Of a DNA stretch of 64,000 nt, positions 47,666 to 58,671 are shown piece by piece. How positions within the stretch are numbered: position 1 is the first letter of the stretch; each line of letters begins with the position of its first letter. Made by a program: the position numbers and the translations under genes. The notes beneath the pieces were generated by a model. That model was not told the origin of the DNA, did not search any database, and worked only from the letters and a program-made list of their open reading frames with translations. Source of the DNA: an uncultured Desulfatitalea sp. (GTDB taxonomy: Bacteria > Desulfobacterota > Desulfobacteria > Desulfobacterales > Desulfosarcinaceae); the NCBI GenBank assembly GCA_963668675.2, contig CAXXMB010000002.1, positions 736,001 to 800,000 on the forward strand, read 5' to 3'.

Positions 47666-49786
47666 ATGCGTATCCAACTCAATATGAAATTGGGCTCCAA
47701 AATCACACTAAACACGCTTGCGATGCTGATCGTGGTCAGCATCATCTCGACCATCGTCGTTTCAGTCATCATTCAGCGCCAGAATCGAACCTTGGTTCAC
47801 GAGGCGATGAGCAACTCTGCCGATACGCTCAAACACACCGTTATTGAAAAGCAAAGCGCGATGTCGTCTGCCCTCAGACAGATGGTGGCTGTCAATCAGA
47901 TGGGAGAGACCCTCGTGTTCCTGGACGAATACAAAGACGCCTCCTATGCATCCGGAATGACACAAGATTCCTATAACGAATTGATCGAGGCGCTCTATCG
48001 AACCGCCTCTACCGGCCGAATGTGGAAAGCCGCCATCTACAACACCGCAGGCCAGCTCCTCTCTTTTGTGGCACGGGAGAACACGGAGGGCTACCGTGTC
48101 GGGTTTCTCGAAAACGGCAACCTGCACCATCTTTCCGTCCCCAACGGCGAGAGCATCGACACCACCGGACTGAAGGTGCTCGCGGACAAGGAGGACGGTT
48201 TGATCGCAGCCACCTACGAGGGGCAAGTGAACGATCAGGAGGGGAGCAGTTTTCAACCCATCGAGAATCATCTCTGCATCAAAGTAGAGCAGCCGATTAT
48301 TGCCGAGACGTTTAACGCTGAAACCAAAAAGGTCGAACCTAAGCTGGTCGGCTTGGCCGTGGCCTATTTCAGACTGGATATGGATTTTGCCACATGGATT
48401 AAAAAGCTGACCGGCTTGAGAGTCGCCTTCTTTGCAAATGAAAAGTTCAGTGCCGGTGACGTGACCGGATATCCCTCGATCGATACCGGTGCCTTTGTGG
48501 CGCAAACATCTCAAACGTGGCAATTCGACCAGGGCAAGGGTGTTTTCAACACGGTCGAACTGGCCGAGGAGGGCTATTTTGAGAGTGCCCTGCCGGTATA
48601 TAATGCAAACGGGTTTTGCGGCGCACTGACGCTGCTCCTTCCGGACGTAACCGTCAAAGCAAACAATCGTCAGATGATCATCATCCTTTGTATCGTTGCC
48701 CTCATTTGCATGGCCCTGGTGGCGCCACTGACCTGGCTTATGTCCCGCAGCATTGTCCGGCCGGTAACCGACATGATGGTCAGGATTAAAGACATTGCCG
48801 AAGGCGAAGGGGATCTGACCCAACGGCTGACGATCCATTCGAAAGATGAGCTTGGCCAGCTGGGCAAGTGGTTCAATCTGTTTCTAGAGCGTTTGCAGGC
48901 TATTATCTCCCAGGTCAAAGAGAACTCAGCCGAACTCAATGGCTCGTCCACCCAGATGTCGACAATTTCCGAAGCGTTGGCCAGCGGTGCCGAGCAGGCT
49001 GCCAGCGAAGCCATGACCGCTTCCGGCTCGTCAGAACAAATGAACGAGAACATGACCTCCATCGCCGCCGCCATGGAGCAGGCATCGGTCAACGTCAACA
49101 TGGTGGCCACCGCCGCCGGTGAAATGACCAACACGATCAACGAGATTACCCAAAATGCGGCCAAGGCACGCGTCATCACCGGCGAGGCCGTCACCCAGGC
49201 CGACAAGGCCTCGACCCAGGTCGGAGAGCTGGGCGGCTCGGCCCGCGAAATAGGACAGGTGATCGAAACAATTACGGATATATCCGAGCAAGTCAATCTG
49301 CTGGCCCTCAACGCCACCATTGAAGCAGCGCGGGCCGGAGAGGCAGGCAAAGGATTTGCCGTTGTGGCCAACGAAATCAAGGAGCTGGCCAAACAGACGG
49401 CTGACGCGACCCAGGAGATCAAGCACCGGGTCGATGCGATTCAAAACTCAACCAACGGGACCGTCGACGAAATTTCGAAAATCACCAGTGTCGTTAAAGA
49501 TATCAACGAAAACGTGCTGGTCATCGCCTCGGCAGTGGAGGAGCAGTCGGCCACCACCCAGAATATCTCGGAAAACGTCACCCAGGCCGCTCAAGGAATC
49601 ACCGATGTCAACACCCATGTGGCCCGCAGTTCCGAGGTCTCCGGTGATATCGCCAAGCAGATCGGCCTGGTGACCACATCGGCCAACGATATCTCCCAGA
49701 GCAGCTCCCAGGTGAACATCAACTCCAAAGAGCTCTCCGATCTGGCGGAACGGCTCGACAAATTGGTCGGGCAGTTCAAGGTGTGA
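47666..49786 (+). CDS. Methyl-accepting chemotaxis protein
   Basis: Two TM segments, HAMP (GDLTQRL...DELGQL) and signalling hairpin [29 protein letters not shown]. Confidence 0.96.
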   Translation: MRIQLNMKLGSKITLNTLAMLIVVSIISTIVVSVIIQRQNRTLVHEAMSNSADTLKHTVIEKQSAMSSALRQMVAVNQMGETLVFLDEYKDASYASGMTQDSYNELIEALYRTASTGRMWKAAIYNTAGQLLSFVARENTEGYRVGFLENGNLHHLSVPNGESIDTTGLKVLADKEDGLIAATYEGQVNDQEGSSFQPIENHLCIKVEQPIIAETFNAETKKVEPKLVGLAVAYFRLDMDFATWIKKLTGLRVAFFANEKFSAGDVTGYPSIDTGAFVAQTSQTWQFDQGKGVFNTVELAEEGYFESALPVYNANGFCGALTLLLPDVTVKANNRQMIIILCIVALICMALVAPLTWLMSRSIVRPVTDMMVRIKDIAEGEGDLTQRLTIHSKDELGQLGKWFNLFLERLQAIISQVKENSAELNGSSTQMSTISEALASGAEQAASEAMTASGSSEQMNENMTSIAAAMEQASVNVNMVATAAGEMTNTINEITQNAAKARVITGEAVTQADKASTQVGELGGSAREIGQVIETITDISEQVNLLALNATIEAARAGEAGKGFAVVANEIKELAKQTADATQEIKHRVDAIQNSTNGTVDEISKITSVVKDINENVLVIASAVEEQSATTQNISENVTQAAQGITDVNTHVARSSEVSGDIAKQIGLVTTSANDISQSSSQVNINSKELSDLAERLDKLVGQFKV

Positions 49787-49805
49787 TGAGCGTTTTGTAA
49801 AAATA

Positions 49806-51485
49806 TTATCGATCGCGCAATTGCCTGCGTAAAAACTTACCGGTCAGCGTTTTGGGCACCTCGTCGATGATCTCCACGATTCGTGGGTATTTATACGCCG
49901 CCATGCGCTCTTTGCAGAAACGAATCAGTGTCTCGGATGACACCTCTCCGAGTTCCCTGGCCTCATCGGTCAAAGAGACGAATGCTTTGACGGTCTCTCC
50001 ACGGTAGTCATCCGGAACGCCAACAACGGCAGCCTCTTTTACAGCCGGGTGCTGGTAAAGAAGATCTTCAACCTCACGGGGCCACACTTTGAATCCGGAA
50101 ACATTGATCAGATCTTTTTTGCGGTCGACGATGTAGCACCAGCCGAATCTGTCCAACTTGGCCACATCGCCCGTGAAAAAACAGCCACCCCGGATGGCCC
50201 TGGCAGTCTCTTCAGGCTTTTGCCAATAGCCGTCTGTAATACCCGGCCCTTTGATGACAAGCTCCCCCTCCTGCCCCGGCGGCAACTCGACAGTGGGATC
50301 ATCGAGATCCACGATCCATGCATCATGGCCGGGAATCACCAACCCCACAGACAGTGCACCGGACTGCTCGTCCACCGGACCGTCCATTCCCAGCGGTGTG
50401 ATGGTCGCCGGCGAACAACTCTCGGTCAAACCGTAGACATTGTAGATGGTCAGGTGCATGGCCTCGCGAAACCGCCGAACTGTGCCCGGCGACACCGGCG
50501 CCCCGCCGCTGTATGCCTTTTGAAAACGGGCCAGGTCGAACGATTTCAATCGGGGATGGTTCAACAGAGCGATATAGACCGTAATGGCCGCTACCGTAAA
50601 AGTGGCACCGTACTTCTCAATAAGCCGCAGGGTCTCGTCAGCATCAAAGCGGGCCGCCAGTATAATGGGGATGCCCAGATGAAAGGCGATAGCGACATGG
50701 GCCACGATACCGGTGATGTGAAACAGGGGCGCGATCCCGAGGACCACATCACTGTGATCCAGTCGACAGGCCTTTTCATAAACGGCAGCATTGTGCATTA
50801 CATTTCGGTGGCGAATCAAAGCGCCTTTGGCCGGACCGGTTGTTCCTGAAGTATAGACGAGATAGGCAAGATCATCGGGATTGGGTGCCAACGGTTCACG
50901 GGGGGTATCTCCATCCGGTCCCATCAAAGCCATAAAGTCCAGCGTCTGATCCAACTTCAGCTTCCGGACCCCTTCAAACTGCGCAGGTTGACCGTTGCCT
51001 TCCGGTAGCAAATCAACCGGAGAGGTCGTAATGACGCGAATATGGCCATTCCCCGTTACAGCCGGTGCGACCTTGTCTGCGTACAGGTCGTCCTGGCAGA
51101 TGACCACCGCGGCGCCGCAATCATCCAGGTAGTGTTTCAGGTCCTTGCTTGTGAACATGGGGTTGAGCGGCACCACCACCGCGCGCCGCATCCAGATGGC
51201 GAGGCACGCGATCACGGACTGGGGGATATTCTGCATGATCACCATGACGCGGTCCCCGGGCGCGATCGCCATACGCTCCAGAGCGCCGGAAAAGCGCAGC
51301 GACCACCTTCTGATCTGGTCAAAGCTGAAGCTTTGGTCGAAGAAGTGGATACAGGCCAACTGCGGGTATTGATCGGCTGACTTTAGAAATGCTTCCAAAA
51401 TGCTTTTCGCCGGAATCCGGACCTCTTCCGGTAACCATTCGGGATATGTTCTTCGCCAATACCTGCTGCATTTATCGGGTGGCAT
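49806..51485 (-). CDS. AMP-forming acyl-CoA ligase (FadD-like)
   Basis: YTSGTTGPAKG, YGLTE, TGD, VDRKKD and PKTLTGK motifs; start placed at the ATG with GAGG RBS. Confidence 0.92.
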   Translation of the reverse strand: MPPDKCSRYWRRTYPEWLPEEVRIPAKSILEAFLKSADQYPQLACIHFFDQSFSFDQIRRWSLRFSGALERMAIAPGDRVMVIMQNIPQSVIACLAIWMRRAVVVPLNPMFTSKDLKHYLDDCGAAVVICQDDLYADKVAPAVTGNGHIRVITTSPVDLLPEGNGQPAQFEGVRKLKLDQTLDFMALMGPDGDTPREPLAPNPDDLAYLVYTSGTTGPAKGALIRHRNVMHNAAVYEKACRLDHSDVVLGIAPLFHITGIVAHVAIAFHLGIPIILAARFDADETLRLIEKYGATFTVAAITVYIALLNHPRLKSFDLARFQKAYSGGAPVSPGTVRRFREAMHLTIYNVYGLTESCSPATITPLGMDGPVDEQSGALSVGLVIPGHDAWIVDLDDPTVELPPGQEGELVIKGPGITDGYWQKPEETARAIRGGCFFTGDVAKLDRFGWCYIVDRKKDLINVSGFKVWPREVEDLLYQHPAVKEAAVVGVPDDYRGETVKAFVSLTDEARELGEVSSETLIRFCKERMAAYKYPRIVEIIDEVPKTLTGKFLRRQLRDR

Positions 51486-51530
51486 ATCATCACCTCTTCC
51501 AGGGTGTCCATCCATCAACGGCCGACCGGG

Positions 51531-52298
51531 TTACCAGATGGTCCAGCCGCCATCCACATATATGGTTTGTCCCGTAATAAAATCCGATGCCGGAGATGCC
51601 AGAAAAATAACAATGCCCTCCAGCTCGGACAGATGGCCCCAACGCCCCATGGGCGTTCGCTCGTTGATGAATTTGAAGCGCTCCGGATCGTTGCGAATCT
51701 GTGCGACCAGCTCGGTCTCGAAGTAGGTGGGGCCGATGGCATTGACCCGGACCCCTTTGGGGGCCCATTCGATGGCCATCACCTTGGTCATCTGGTCCAC
51801 CCCCCCCTTGGAAGCAGCATAGGCCACCTGATTGGGCAGGCCTACGGCACCCAGAATCGAGCTCATATTGATCACCTTCCCGTATCCCTGATCGATCATC
51901 AAGGGTGCCACGGCCTGGGCGACCAGGAAATACCCCTTCAGGTTGGTGTCGATGACCCGGTTCCACTCCTCTTCCGCATACTCCAGGACCGGTACGCGAT
52001 GATTGACACCGGCATTGTTGACCAGGATATCGATCCGGCCAAAGGCGTCCTGGACGTCGTGCACGGTCTGGGTCACGCGCTGCTTGTCCGTCACATCAAT
52101 AGAGAACCCTTCTGAGCGGCGCCCCCGTTTTCGAATTCGTTTTGACACCCGATCGAGGCCGGTTTTGTCCCGACCGCAAATGACAACATCTGCCCCGGCA
52201 CCGGCCAGCGCGACGGCGCAAACCTCTCCAAGTCCCCGGGTGCCGCCGGTCACCATGGCCACCTTGCCTGCAAGGTCGAATATCTCCAGTCCCATCAT
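51531..52298 (-). CDS. SDR oxidoreductase (gluconate 5-dehydrogenase-like)
   Basis: TGGTRGLG, NNAG, YAASK and VDGG motifs. Confidence 0.92.
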   Translation of the reverse strand: MMGLEIFDLAGKVAMVTGGTRGLGEVCAVALAGAGADVVICGRDKTGLDRVSKRIRKRGRRSEGFSIDVTDKQRVTQTVHDVQDAFGRIDILVNNAGVNHRVPVLEYAEEEWNRVIDTNLKGYFLVAQAVAPLMIDQGYGKVINMSSILGAVGLPNQVAYAASKGGVDQMTKVMAIEWAPKGVRVNAIGPTYFETELVAQIRNDPERFKFINERTPMGRWGHLSELEGIVIFLASPASDFITGQTIYVDGGWTIW

Positions 52299-52338
52299 GA
52301 TCTCCTGGCCCGCGCATGCCATCTGAGGCATATGCGCA

Positions 52339-53040
52339 TTACAAAGCGAGATATTTTTTGATGATCACTTCATCTTCCCAGATCGAGGCGATCCGGTCCG
52401 CATGAACGATTCTCCCTTTTTCCAGAATATAACCCCGTTCACATACCCGCCGGCAGAACTTGAGATTCTGATCGGCCATAAGGATGGTCATGCCTCTCTC
52501 CCGGATCTCTTCGATCACGTTGGCAAGGTTCTCTATAATCAGCGGGGCCAGTCCTTCCGAGGGTTCATCCAACAGAATCATATCAGGGTTTGCCATCAGG
52601 GCGCGCCCCATGCCAAGCATCTTCTTTTCGCCGCCGGACAGCAGGATTCCCATCTGTTTGCGCCGGTCGCCCAAAATCGGAAAAAGCTGCTCCACCCGCG
52701 ATTGGTTCCAGTAACCGCCACGGTTGGAGAGTCGCCGTGCGATCTCCAAATTCTCCTCACATGTCAAATCCGGAAAGATGCGCAGATCGTCCGGCATGTA
52801 GGCGATCCCGGCCTTGGCCATAAAGTGCGCCGGTTTGCCAGCCACCTCAGCGCTTTTAAACCGGATGGAACCGCTTTGAGGGGCGGTGAGTCCCATCACC
52901 GACCGGAGGGATGTTGTTTTACCAACGCCATTACGCCCGAGCAGCGCCACAACTTCACCCTCTTTCACATCAAAAGAGATGTCCTGCAAAATATGCGACT
53001 TACTGTAGTAAGTGTTCATCGCGTCCACCTGAAGCATCAT
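52339..53040 (-). CDS. LIV-type ABC ATPase (LivF-like)
   Basis: GRNGVGKT, LSGGE and LLDEPSEGLAP motifs. Confidence 0.93.
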   Translation of the reverse strand: MMLQVDAMNTYYSKSHILQDISFDVKEGEVVALLGRNGVGKTTSLRSVMGLTAPQSGSIRFKSAEVAGKPAHFMAKAGIAYMPDDLRIFPDLTCEENLEIARRLSNRGGYWNQSRVEQLFPILGDRRKQMGILLSGGEKKMLGMGRALMANPDMILLDEPSEGLAPLIIENLANVIEEIRERGMTILMADQNLKFCRRVCERGYILEKGRIVHADRIASIWEDEVIIKKYLAL

Positions 53041-53798
53041 GCGGCCACCTCTTCTCCCAGATAGACCTCTCTCACCCTGGGATTGTTCTTAACCTCTTCC
53101 GTCGTACCATCGCCGATCACCTCTCCATGATGCAAGACGATGACACGCTCCGAGAGGGAAAAGACAATATCCATATCGTGTTCGACCAGCACAAAGGTCG
53201 TTTGCCCGGACTCGGAAAGGTGCTTGATATTGTCTAAAATACGCACCCGCTCCACCGGATTCATCCCTGCTGTCGGCTCGTCGAGAAAGAGCAGTTTGGG
53301 TTTGGCCGCAAGGGCCACCCCCACCTCCAATACACGCTGATCCCCGTGGGATAGTGCATTGGCAACGGTCTTGGCTTCATGCTGCAGTCCGATTCTCTCC
53401 AGCAACTGATCAACCTCTGCATGCACAGCCACCTCTTTGCCGATCGAACGAAATATACGACGGGTTCGGTTGCTGATGGCCAAGGCCGGCAGTTGGATGT
53501 TGTCAAACACCGTCATCTCCGGGAAGATATTGACCAGTTGAAACGACCGGCACAGCCCCAATTTAACGCGTCGATGAACCGGCAATTGGGTAATATCTTT
53601 GCCGTCAAACAACACACGGCCGCTGTCGGGAAGCAATGAACCGGAAAGCATGTTGATCAGCGTCGACTTACCGGCCCCGTTGGGACCGATGATCGATATC
53701 AACATCCCCTTTTCAAACGACAGGTTCACATTGCTGGCAGCCTGAACACGGCCAAACGACTTGTTCAAATTTTCAATTTTTAAAATTTCAGCTGCCAT
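53037..53798 (-). CDS. LIV-type ABC ATPase (LivG-like)
   Basis: GPNGAGKST, LSHG, DEPTAGM and EHDM motifs. Confidence 0.93.
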   Translation of the reverse strand: MAAEILKIENLNKSFGRVQAASNVNLSFEKGMLISIIGPNGAGKSTLINMLSGSLLPDSGRVLFDGKDITQLPVHRRVKLGLCRSFQLVNIFPEMTVFDNIQLPALAISNRTRRIFRSIGKEVAVHAEVDQLLERIGLQHEAKTVANALSHGDQRVLEVGVALAAKPKLLFLDEPTAGMNPVERVRILDNIKHLSESGQTTFVLVEHDMDIVFSLSERVIVLHHGEVIGDGTTEEVKNNPRVREVYLGEEVAA

Positions 53799-53853
53799 CG
53801 TCTCTTCTCCAAACTCGGCTTTTCTGAAAATTCAAGATCAACACCAGTAACCC

Positions 53854-53980
53854 ATTAAACCGACAAATAAGCAGCCCAACCTTCGTCATCCCGGACTTGA
53901 TCCGGGATCCAGTAATCATCTGGATTCCAGCGAAGACCGGGCACGAAGCTGAAGCTTTAGCGCTATCCAGTCTTTTCAAT
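53854..53980. mobile_element. Chimeric/truncated REP element inside the ABC operon
   Basis: Family A left end and first REP, then an inverted insert-bearing segment ending ATCCAGTCTTTTCAAT as in family B. Confidence 0.65.
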
Positions 53981-53995
53981 AATTCTGTAAGTTTT

Positions 53996-54934
53996 TCATC
54001 TCTTCCAACTCGAAAGAATACCTACGATTCCCCCACGAAATCCCATGATAATCACAAGCAAAATAAGCCCGAACCACAACATCCAGTTATGGGTAAAACG
54101 CTCGATGATCTCGCGCAGAACCACAAATACGACACTACCGACGATAGGACCGGCAAAGGTCTGGATCCCTCCAATCAACGATACCAGAATCGGCTCTGCC
54201 GAATGGCTCCAGTGGGCGGAGAATGGATCGGTATTGCTCTCCAGTAGTGCTCCCAAAGTGCCCGCCAACCCGGCAAATGTCCCTGAAATCACAAAGGCGC
54301 CCAAACGGTAATTCTTCAGCGATACCCCTGCAAAAGCGATCCGCTTTTCATTCTCCCTGATACCCGCTAATACCAAACCGAACGGAGAGTTGCGGATACG
54401 ATAGATCAAAAAGGCTGACACAACCAGCAACGCCAGGATGAGGAAGTAGAAATATTGCGGTTTGAGGATAGGAATGCTCATGATTCCCAGCGCTATCGGT
54501 GTTCGCATGATGCCGATCAATCCATCATCTCCGCCGGTGATATCGCGCAAATTCCATATGAGGGAGAAAACCATCATACCGAAAGCGAGGGTCAACATGG
54601 CGAAGTAGATCTCTGTATGGCGCACACAGAAAAAGCCGATGATCAAGGAGAGAATACAGGCCGAAACCACCCCGATGAAGATGCCGGCCAGCGGATGTGA
54701 ATGAACATGCAGCGAAAAGAGCCCCAGGCCATACGCACCGGCCGCATAGAACGCGGCATGTCCAAAAGAGAGCAGACCGGTACGCCCGAAAAGCACATTG
54801 TATCCCAAAGCAAAAATGGAGAGGATCATCACCCTCGAGGCCATATAGATCACAAAACGACTGCCGAAGAAGCCGACCAGGATCAAGGTGAGCAATGCGA
54901 GTCCGGCAATCCCCAGTTGCACATACCGATTCAT
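53996..54934 (-). CDS. LIV-type ABC permease (LivM-like)
   Basis: GLLSFGHAAF, YFAMLTLAF and TGGDDG motifs. Confidence 0.92.
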   Translation of the reverse strand: MNRYVQLGIAGLALLTLILVGFFGSRFVIYMASRVMILSIFALGYNVLFGRTGLLSFGHAAFYAAGAYGLGLFSLHVHSHPLAGIFIGVVSACILSLIIGFFCVRHTEIYFAMLTLAFGMMVFSLIWNLRDITGGDDGLIGIMRTPIALGIMSIPILKPQYFYFLILALLVVSAFLIYRIRNSPFGLVLAGIRENEKRIAFAGVSLKNYRLGAFVISGTFAGLAGTLGALLESNTDPFSAHWSHSAEPILVSLIGGIQTFAGPIVGSVVFVVLREIIERFTHNWMLWFGLILLVIIMGFRGGIVGILSSWKR

Positions 54935-55807
54935 TTACGAAGCCTTCCCGAAAAATCCCTGGGGTCGCCATAGCAGCACTGCGGCCATCAGGATAAAGGT
55001 TAAAAACATATCAAAGGCCGGCAAATACCGGGTGCCGAAAGAGGAGAGCAGGCCGATCACCAGCGCACCCAAAAATGCGCCCTTCAAACTTCCTAAACCG
55101 CCGATGACGGCCACTACGAATGCATCGATGATGATCGCCTCCCCCATACCCGGGGTTAAAAGCCCCACATAGGGAACCGCCAAACCGCCTCCCATGGCGC
55201 CGAGCCAGGTTCCGAACACAAAGACGGCTGTAAAGAGAGCAGGCACTTTTACGCCGATCGCCGAAGCCATCTCGCGCTCGGACGATGCTGCTCTGATAAT
55301 ACGGCCGTACCAGGTCTTTTCGATGAGCCCCCACAGACCGAGGGCCACCAGCGGACCGACGACAATAATAAAGAGGTTGTATGTCGGAAAATTGCGTCCA
55401 AGAATGCTGATCGAGCCGGCAAGGCCGGGAACGTTGGGTGATCCCAGCGATCCGGCGCCCCAGATTATCTTTACCAGGTCGTCGAACAGCAGCACAAAGG
55501 CGAAGGTTAAGAGCAGCTGGTAGGGCAAATCAAGCGAATAGACATAGCGCAGAAAATAGCGCTCGATGATAAAACCGACCGAGCAGACGCACAAAGGCCC
55601 TACCAATAGACCGAGCCAGAAATTGTCTCCAAAGAGACTCAGTGCGGTAAAACAGCAGTATGCCCCCAGCATATAGAAACTGCCATGGGCGAAATTGAGC
55701 ACCCCCAACACACCGAAGATGAGGGTCAGGCCGCTTGCCACCAGCCAGATGAACATTCCCGTGGAGAGCCCGGCCAGGCATACATGAACGATGGATTGCA
55801 AACTCAA
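54935..55807 (-). CDS. LIV-type ABC permease (LivH-like)
   Basis: GLTLIFGVLGVLNFAHG and GGLGS motifs. Confidence 0.92.
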   Translation of the reverse strand: MSLQSIVHVCLAGLSTGMFIWLVASGLTLIFGVLGVLNFAHGSFYMLGAYCCFTALSLFGDNFWLGLLVGPLCVCSVGFIIERYFLRYVYSLDLPYQLLLTFAFVLLFDDLVKIIWGAGSLGSPNVPGLAGSISILGRNFPTYNLFIIVVGPLVALGLWGLIEKTWYGRIIRAASSEREMASAIGVKVPALFTAVFVFGTWLGAMGGGLAVPYVGLLTPGMGEAIIIDAFVVAVIGGLGSLKGAFLGALVIGLLSSFGTRYLPAFDMFLTFILMAAVLLWRPQGFFGKAS

Positions 55808-55830
55808 TTCGATCCTCCACCTTCTGGAGT

Positions 55831-55858
55831 CCGGCAGGTGGGCAATCCCACCTGCCGG
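55831..55858. other. Perfect 12-bp hairpin between the binding-protein and permease genes (possible mRNA stabiliser)
   Basis: CCGGCAGGTGGG-CAAT-CCCACCTGCCGG; no U tract. Confidence 0.55.
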
Positions 55859-55939
55859 GTCATTGGTCGGCGACGGCTTGCGACGCAGTCCGTTGCACCT
55901 GCGGATACCGACGCCCGGGAAGGGCCGGCGCCTCAGGCG

Positions 55940-57223
55940 TTAATAGGGAGGATGGGTACCCGCTCCTTCAAAGGGCGGCCGATTGAAGCACTCCTTGGCC
56001 GGCACCATTATCTGCTTCCCCATCACCTTGAAAGGATAGTTGGCATTGGCGGCCGTCAACCCCCAGGGGACATCATACATCGCCTGGTGGTCCTCTTTTC
56101 TGAAATGGCGATACCCGGCCGGAGAATCGAGCATCATGCCCTCCAGGGCCTGGATCACCGCCGCCGTCTCCTTGGAGCCCGCTGCCTCGACGGCCTTTTT
56201 GAACGCATACATGGTAGAGTAGCCCGTCTCGGAGACGTAGGCCGGGTAGTGCTTCCAGCGCTTGCGGAAACGCTGAACCCAATCATTGTTTTGGAGGTTG
56301 TTCGGATAGAGAAAGAAGTAGCGCCCCGATATCCAGATGTTGTCCGGCATCTCGGCCCCAAGTCCCTCCAGCACATCCATGGCCGCACCTACCGGGAACA
56401 TGATGTGCTTGATCTTGTCGAACATGCCGGCCTGCTTGGCCTGTTTCACAAAAGTGATCAACTCTCCGGCCCATTCGGTGGAGTAGAGCCCATCCGGCTT
56501 GGCATCCATAATGGTGTTGATGTGTGATCGGAAATCGGTGGTTCCGAACGGCGCCCATGACTCGGCCGTGAAAGAGGTCCCCGGCTTCAGGGTTCCCAGT
56601 GTATCCTTGAACATCTTCCAGCAGGTGTAGCCATATTCGTATTTTGGACTGATCGTGGCCCATGTCTTGGCCGGCAGATCTTTGGCCACGAAGGCGGCCG
56701 CATTGCCATCCTGGTAGGTCGGGGTACAGATTCGAAAAATCTGTTTGATTCCATTTTTGTAAACCTGCTCTTCGGTAAGCTTCTCCGTCGCCGCATGGGT
56801 CACCATGAGGACCCGATCCAGTTCCGCCACGATCGGCGCCAGGGCCAACGCCTGGCCGGATGAATCCACACCGGCCAAAAAATCGGCGCCCCAGCTATCG
56901 ACAAAGTAGCGCGCATTTTTTATCGCCTCCGGCTTTTTAAGCGTGGAGTCACGAAATTCAACCTCAAGGTTTTTTCCGGCAATGCCCCCGGCGGCGTTGA
57001 TCTCCTCCATGGCCATGGTCGCTCCCATTTTATGAAAGTCGCCATAACCTGCCAGCGTTCCTGACATGATGGCCTGGTAACCCACCTTGATCGGCCCCTT
57101 GATCTTTGGCGTTGCCGCCCATACTCCCGTGGGTTTGGCCACTCCGGCACCCAATGCGGCTGCGCCGGTGGTTAAAATCCCTGTCTGGATAAAACGCCTG
57201 CGTGTCAATCCCTTCTTTGCCAT
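55940..57223 (-). CDS. LIV-family ABC substrate-binding protein with Tat signal
   Basis: LTRRRFI twin-arginine leader; EINAAGGI type-I PBP motif; GGAGG RBS. Confidence 0.92.
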   Translation of the reverse strand: MAKKGLTRRRFIQTGILTTGAAALGAGVAKPTGVWAATPKIKGPIKVGYQAIMSGTLAGYGDFHKMGATMAMEEINAAGGIAGKNLEVEFRDSTLKKPEAIKNARYFVDSWGADFLAGVDSSGQALALAPIVAELDRVLMVTHAATEKLTEEQVYKNGIKQIFRICTPTYQDGNAAAFVAKDLPAKTWATISPKYEYGYTCWKMFKDTLGTLKPGTSFTAESWAPFGTTDFRSHINTIMDAKPDGLYSTEWAGELITFVKQAKQAGMFDKIKHIMFPVGAAMDVLEGLGAEMPDNIWISGRYFFLYPNNLQNNDWVQRFRKRWKHYPAYVSETGYSTMYAFKKAVEAAGSKETAAVIQALEGMMLDSPAGYRHFRKEDHQAMYDVPWGLTAANANYPFKVMGKQIMVPAKECFNRPPFEGAGTHPPY

Positions 57224-57673
57224 GGCAATCCTCCCCCTGGTGTATGGTATCCCGTTTAAAATGTGAGGGATTCAAGGAGCATCCCCGGGTAACGGCCAAC
57301 GCCTGCAACACGTTGCAGGCACTATTAAGCGAGTCGGTAAACAGGTCCCGGTGGATGAAAAAACCAAACTACCGGTTACCCATGGAGCGTCGGTAGTACA
57401 AACCTTGCGATGGAGATTGGAGCTGTAGCTTACTCTATCTTAACGGGTTGGAGCTTGTTAACGCTTAACAGGTACAAAAGCAGCATCCTGCAGAAACGGA
57501 TAGCTTCCGGTTGAACACAATCCAAACAAGCTTCTGGAGCCTTTGGTGCGATTTACGATTGCAGTTAAAAATGAATGGAGATGTCTTACAAATTATAGAA
57601 TAATGAATTTTTGTCAAGCGCTTTTTAATGATTCAAAAAAAGAGTTTCAACCTGATGAAATACCAATAAATTA

Positions 57674-57810
57674 TTGATGAACTCGTAAAAAGTTATTCAT
57701 ACGTCATGCCGGACTTGATCCGGCATCCAGAAGCCATTGAAAAGACTGGATTCCGGCCTTCGCCGGAATGACGGGAAAGGCGCTTTTGGGACTTTTTACG
57801 AGTTCATCAA
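57674..57810. mobile_element. MITE/REPIN-like element, family B (137 nt)
   Basis: Perfect 20-bp TIR TTGATGAACTCGTAAAAAGT around the same type of REP pair. Confidence 0.85.
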
Positions 57811-58115
57811 TTATTATTACAATATATTTTATACTATGGCGCATAGGCGCCTCACCGCATGAGGCGACCACTTCATGGCTTAATTTGGGGGACAAAATTT
57901 CACTATAATGAACCCGAGCTATTGCCAACACTACCAGGCTATGGTAGTCGAATAGGAATCGCATCCACTTTCCGAACGACTCAATCTGTGGCAACAGGGC
58001 AACCACGGCAAGGTACGCTCCGATTCATTCTCAAGGGCACCTGCCGACACGCACCGGTGACAGCGCAGGGCCCCTTGCCGCCTTGCGAAAACGGACGATT
58101 CCAAGAGAGTTTCCA

Positions 58116-58658
58116 ATGAAGCAAATAGGGACTAAACTTCGCGAATTGCGAAAATCGAAGCAGTTGTCGTTGAAACAGCTATCCGAACGGGCCGGATGCG
58201 CTTCGTCTTATCTCTCTATGGTCGAAAACGGCAAGATCGATCCGGGTATTTCACGGTTGAAAAAGATTGCGGACAGCCTCGAAATCACACTGGTCGACCT
58301 GTTTCAGGATCAACTCAACTCGGAGGTTGTGATTCGCAAGCATGAACGGGTGCGCGGTGCCTTCAGAGGATCGAAGACCCAAATTGAAATACTGGTTCCC
58401 AGAACGCCGGACAGGGAAATGGATGCCCGGTTGGCCATTATCGCCCCCGGCGGCAGTTCAGAGGGCACATACCGGCATCCCGGCCAAGAGTTCGGCTTGG
58501 TGTTGTCCGGCAGTATGGATCTGTTCGTCGGTGGAAAAACCTACCATCTATCAAAAGATGACAGCTTCTACTTCTCTTCAACCCAGGAGCACAGTTTCGT
58601 CAATACAAGCGCTGAAGAGACCATTGTCGTGTGGGTCAACCACCCTGCGAGCTGGTAG
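58116..58658 (+). CDS. XRE-family HTH / cupin transcriptional regulator
   Basis: IGTKLRELR...SYLSMVENG HTH; HPGQEFG...H cupin. Confidence 0.92.
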   Translation: MKQIGTKLRELRKSKQLSLKQLSERAGCASSYLSMVENGKIDPGISRLKKIADSLEITLVDLFQDQLNSEVVIRKHERVRGAFRGSKTQIEILVPRTPDREMDARLAIIAPGGSSEGTYRHPGQEFGLVLSGSMDLFVGGKTYHLSKDDSFYFSSTQEHSFVNTSAEETIVVWVNHPASW

Positions 58659-58671
58659 CGATGCAGGCTTT

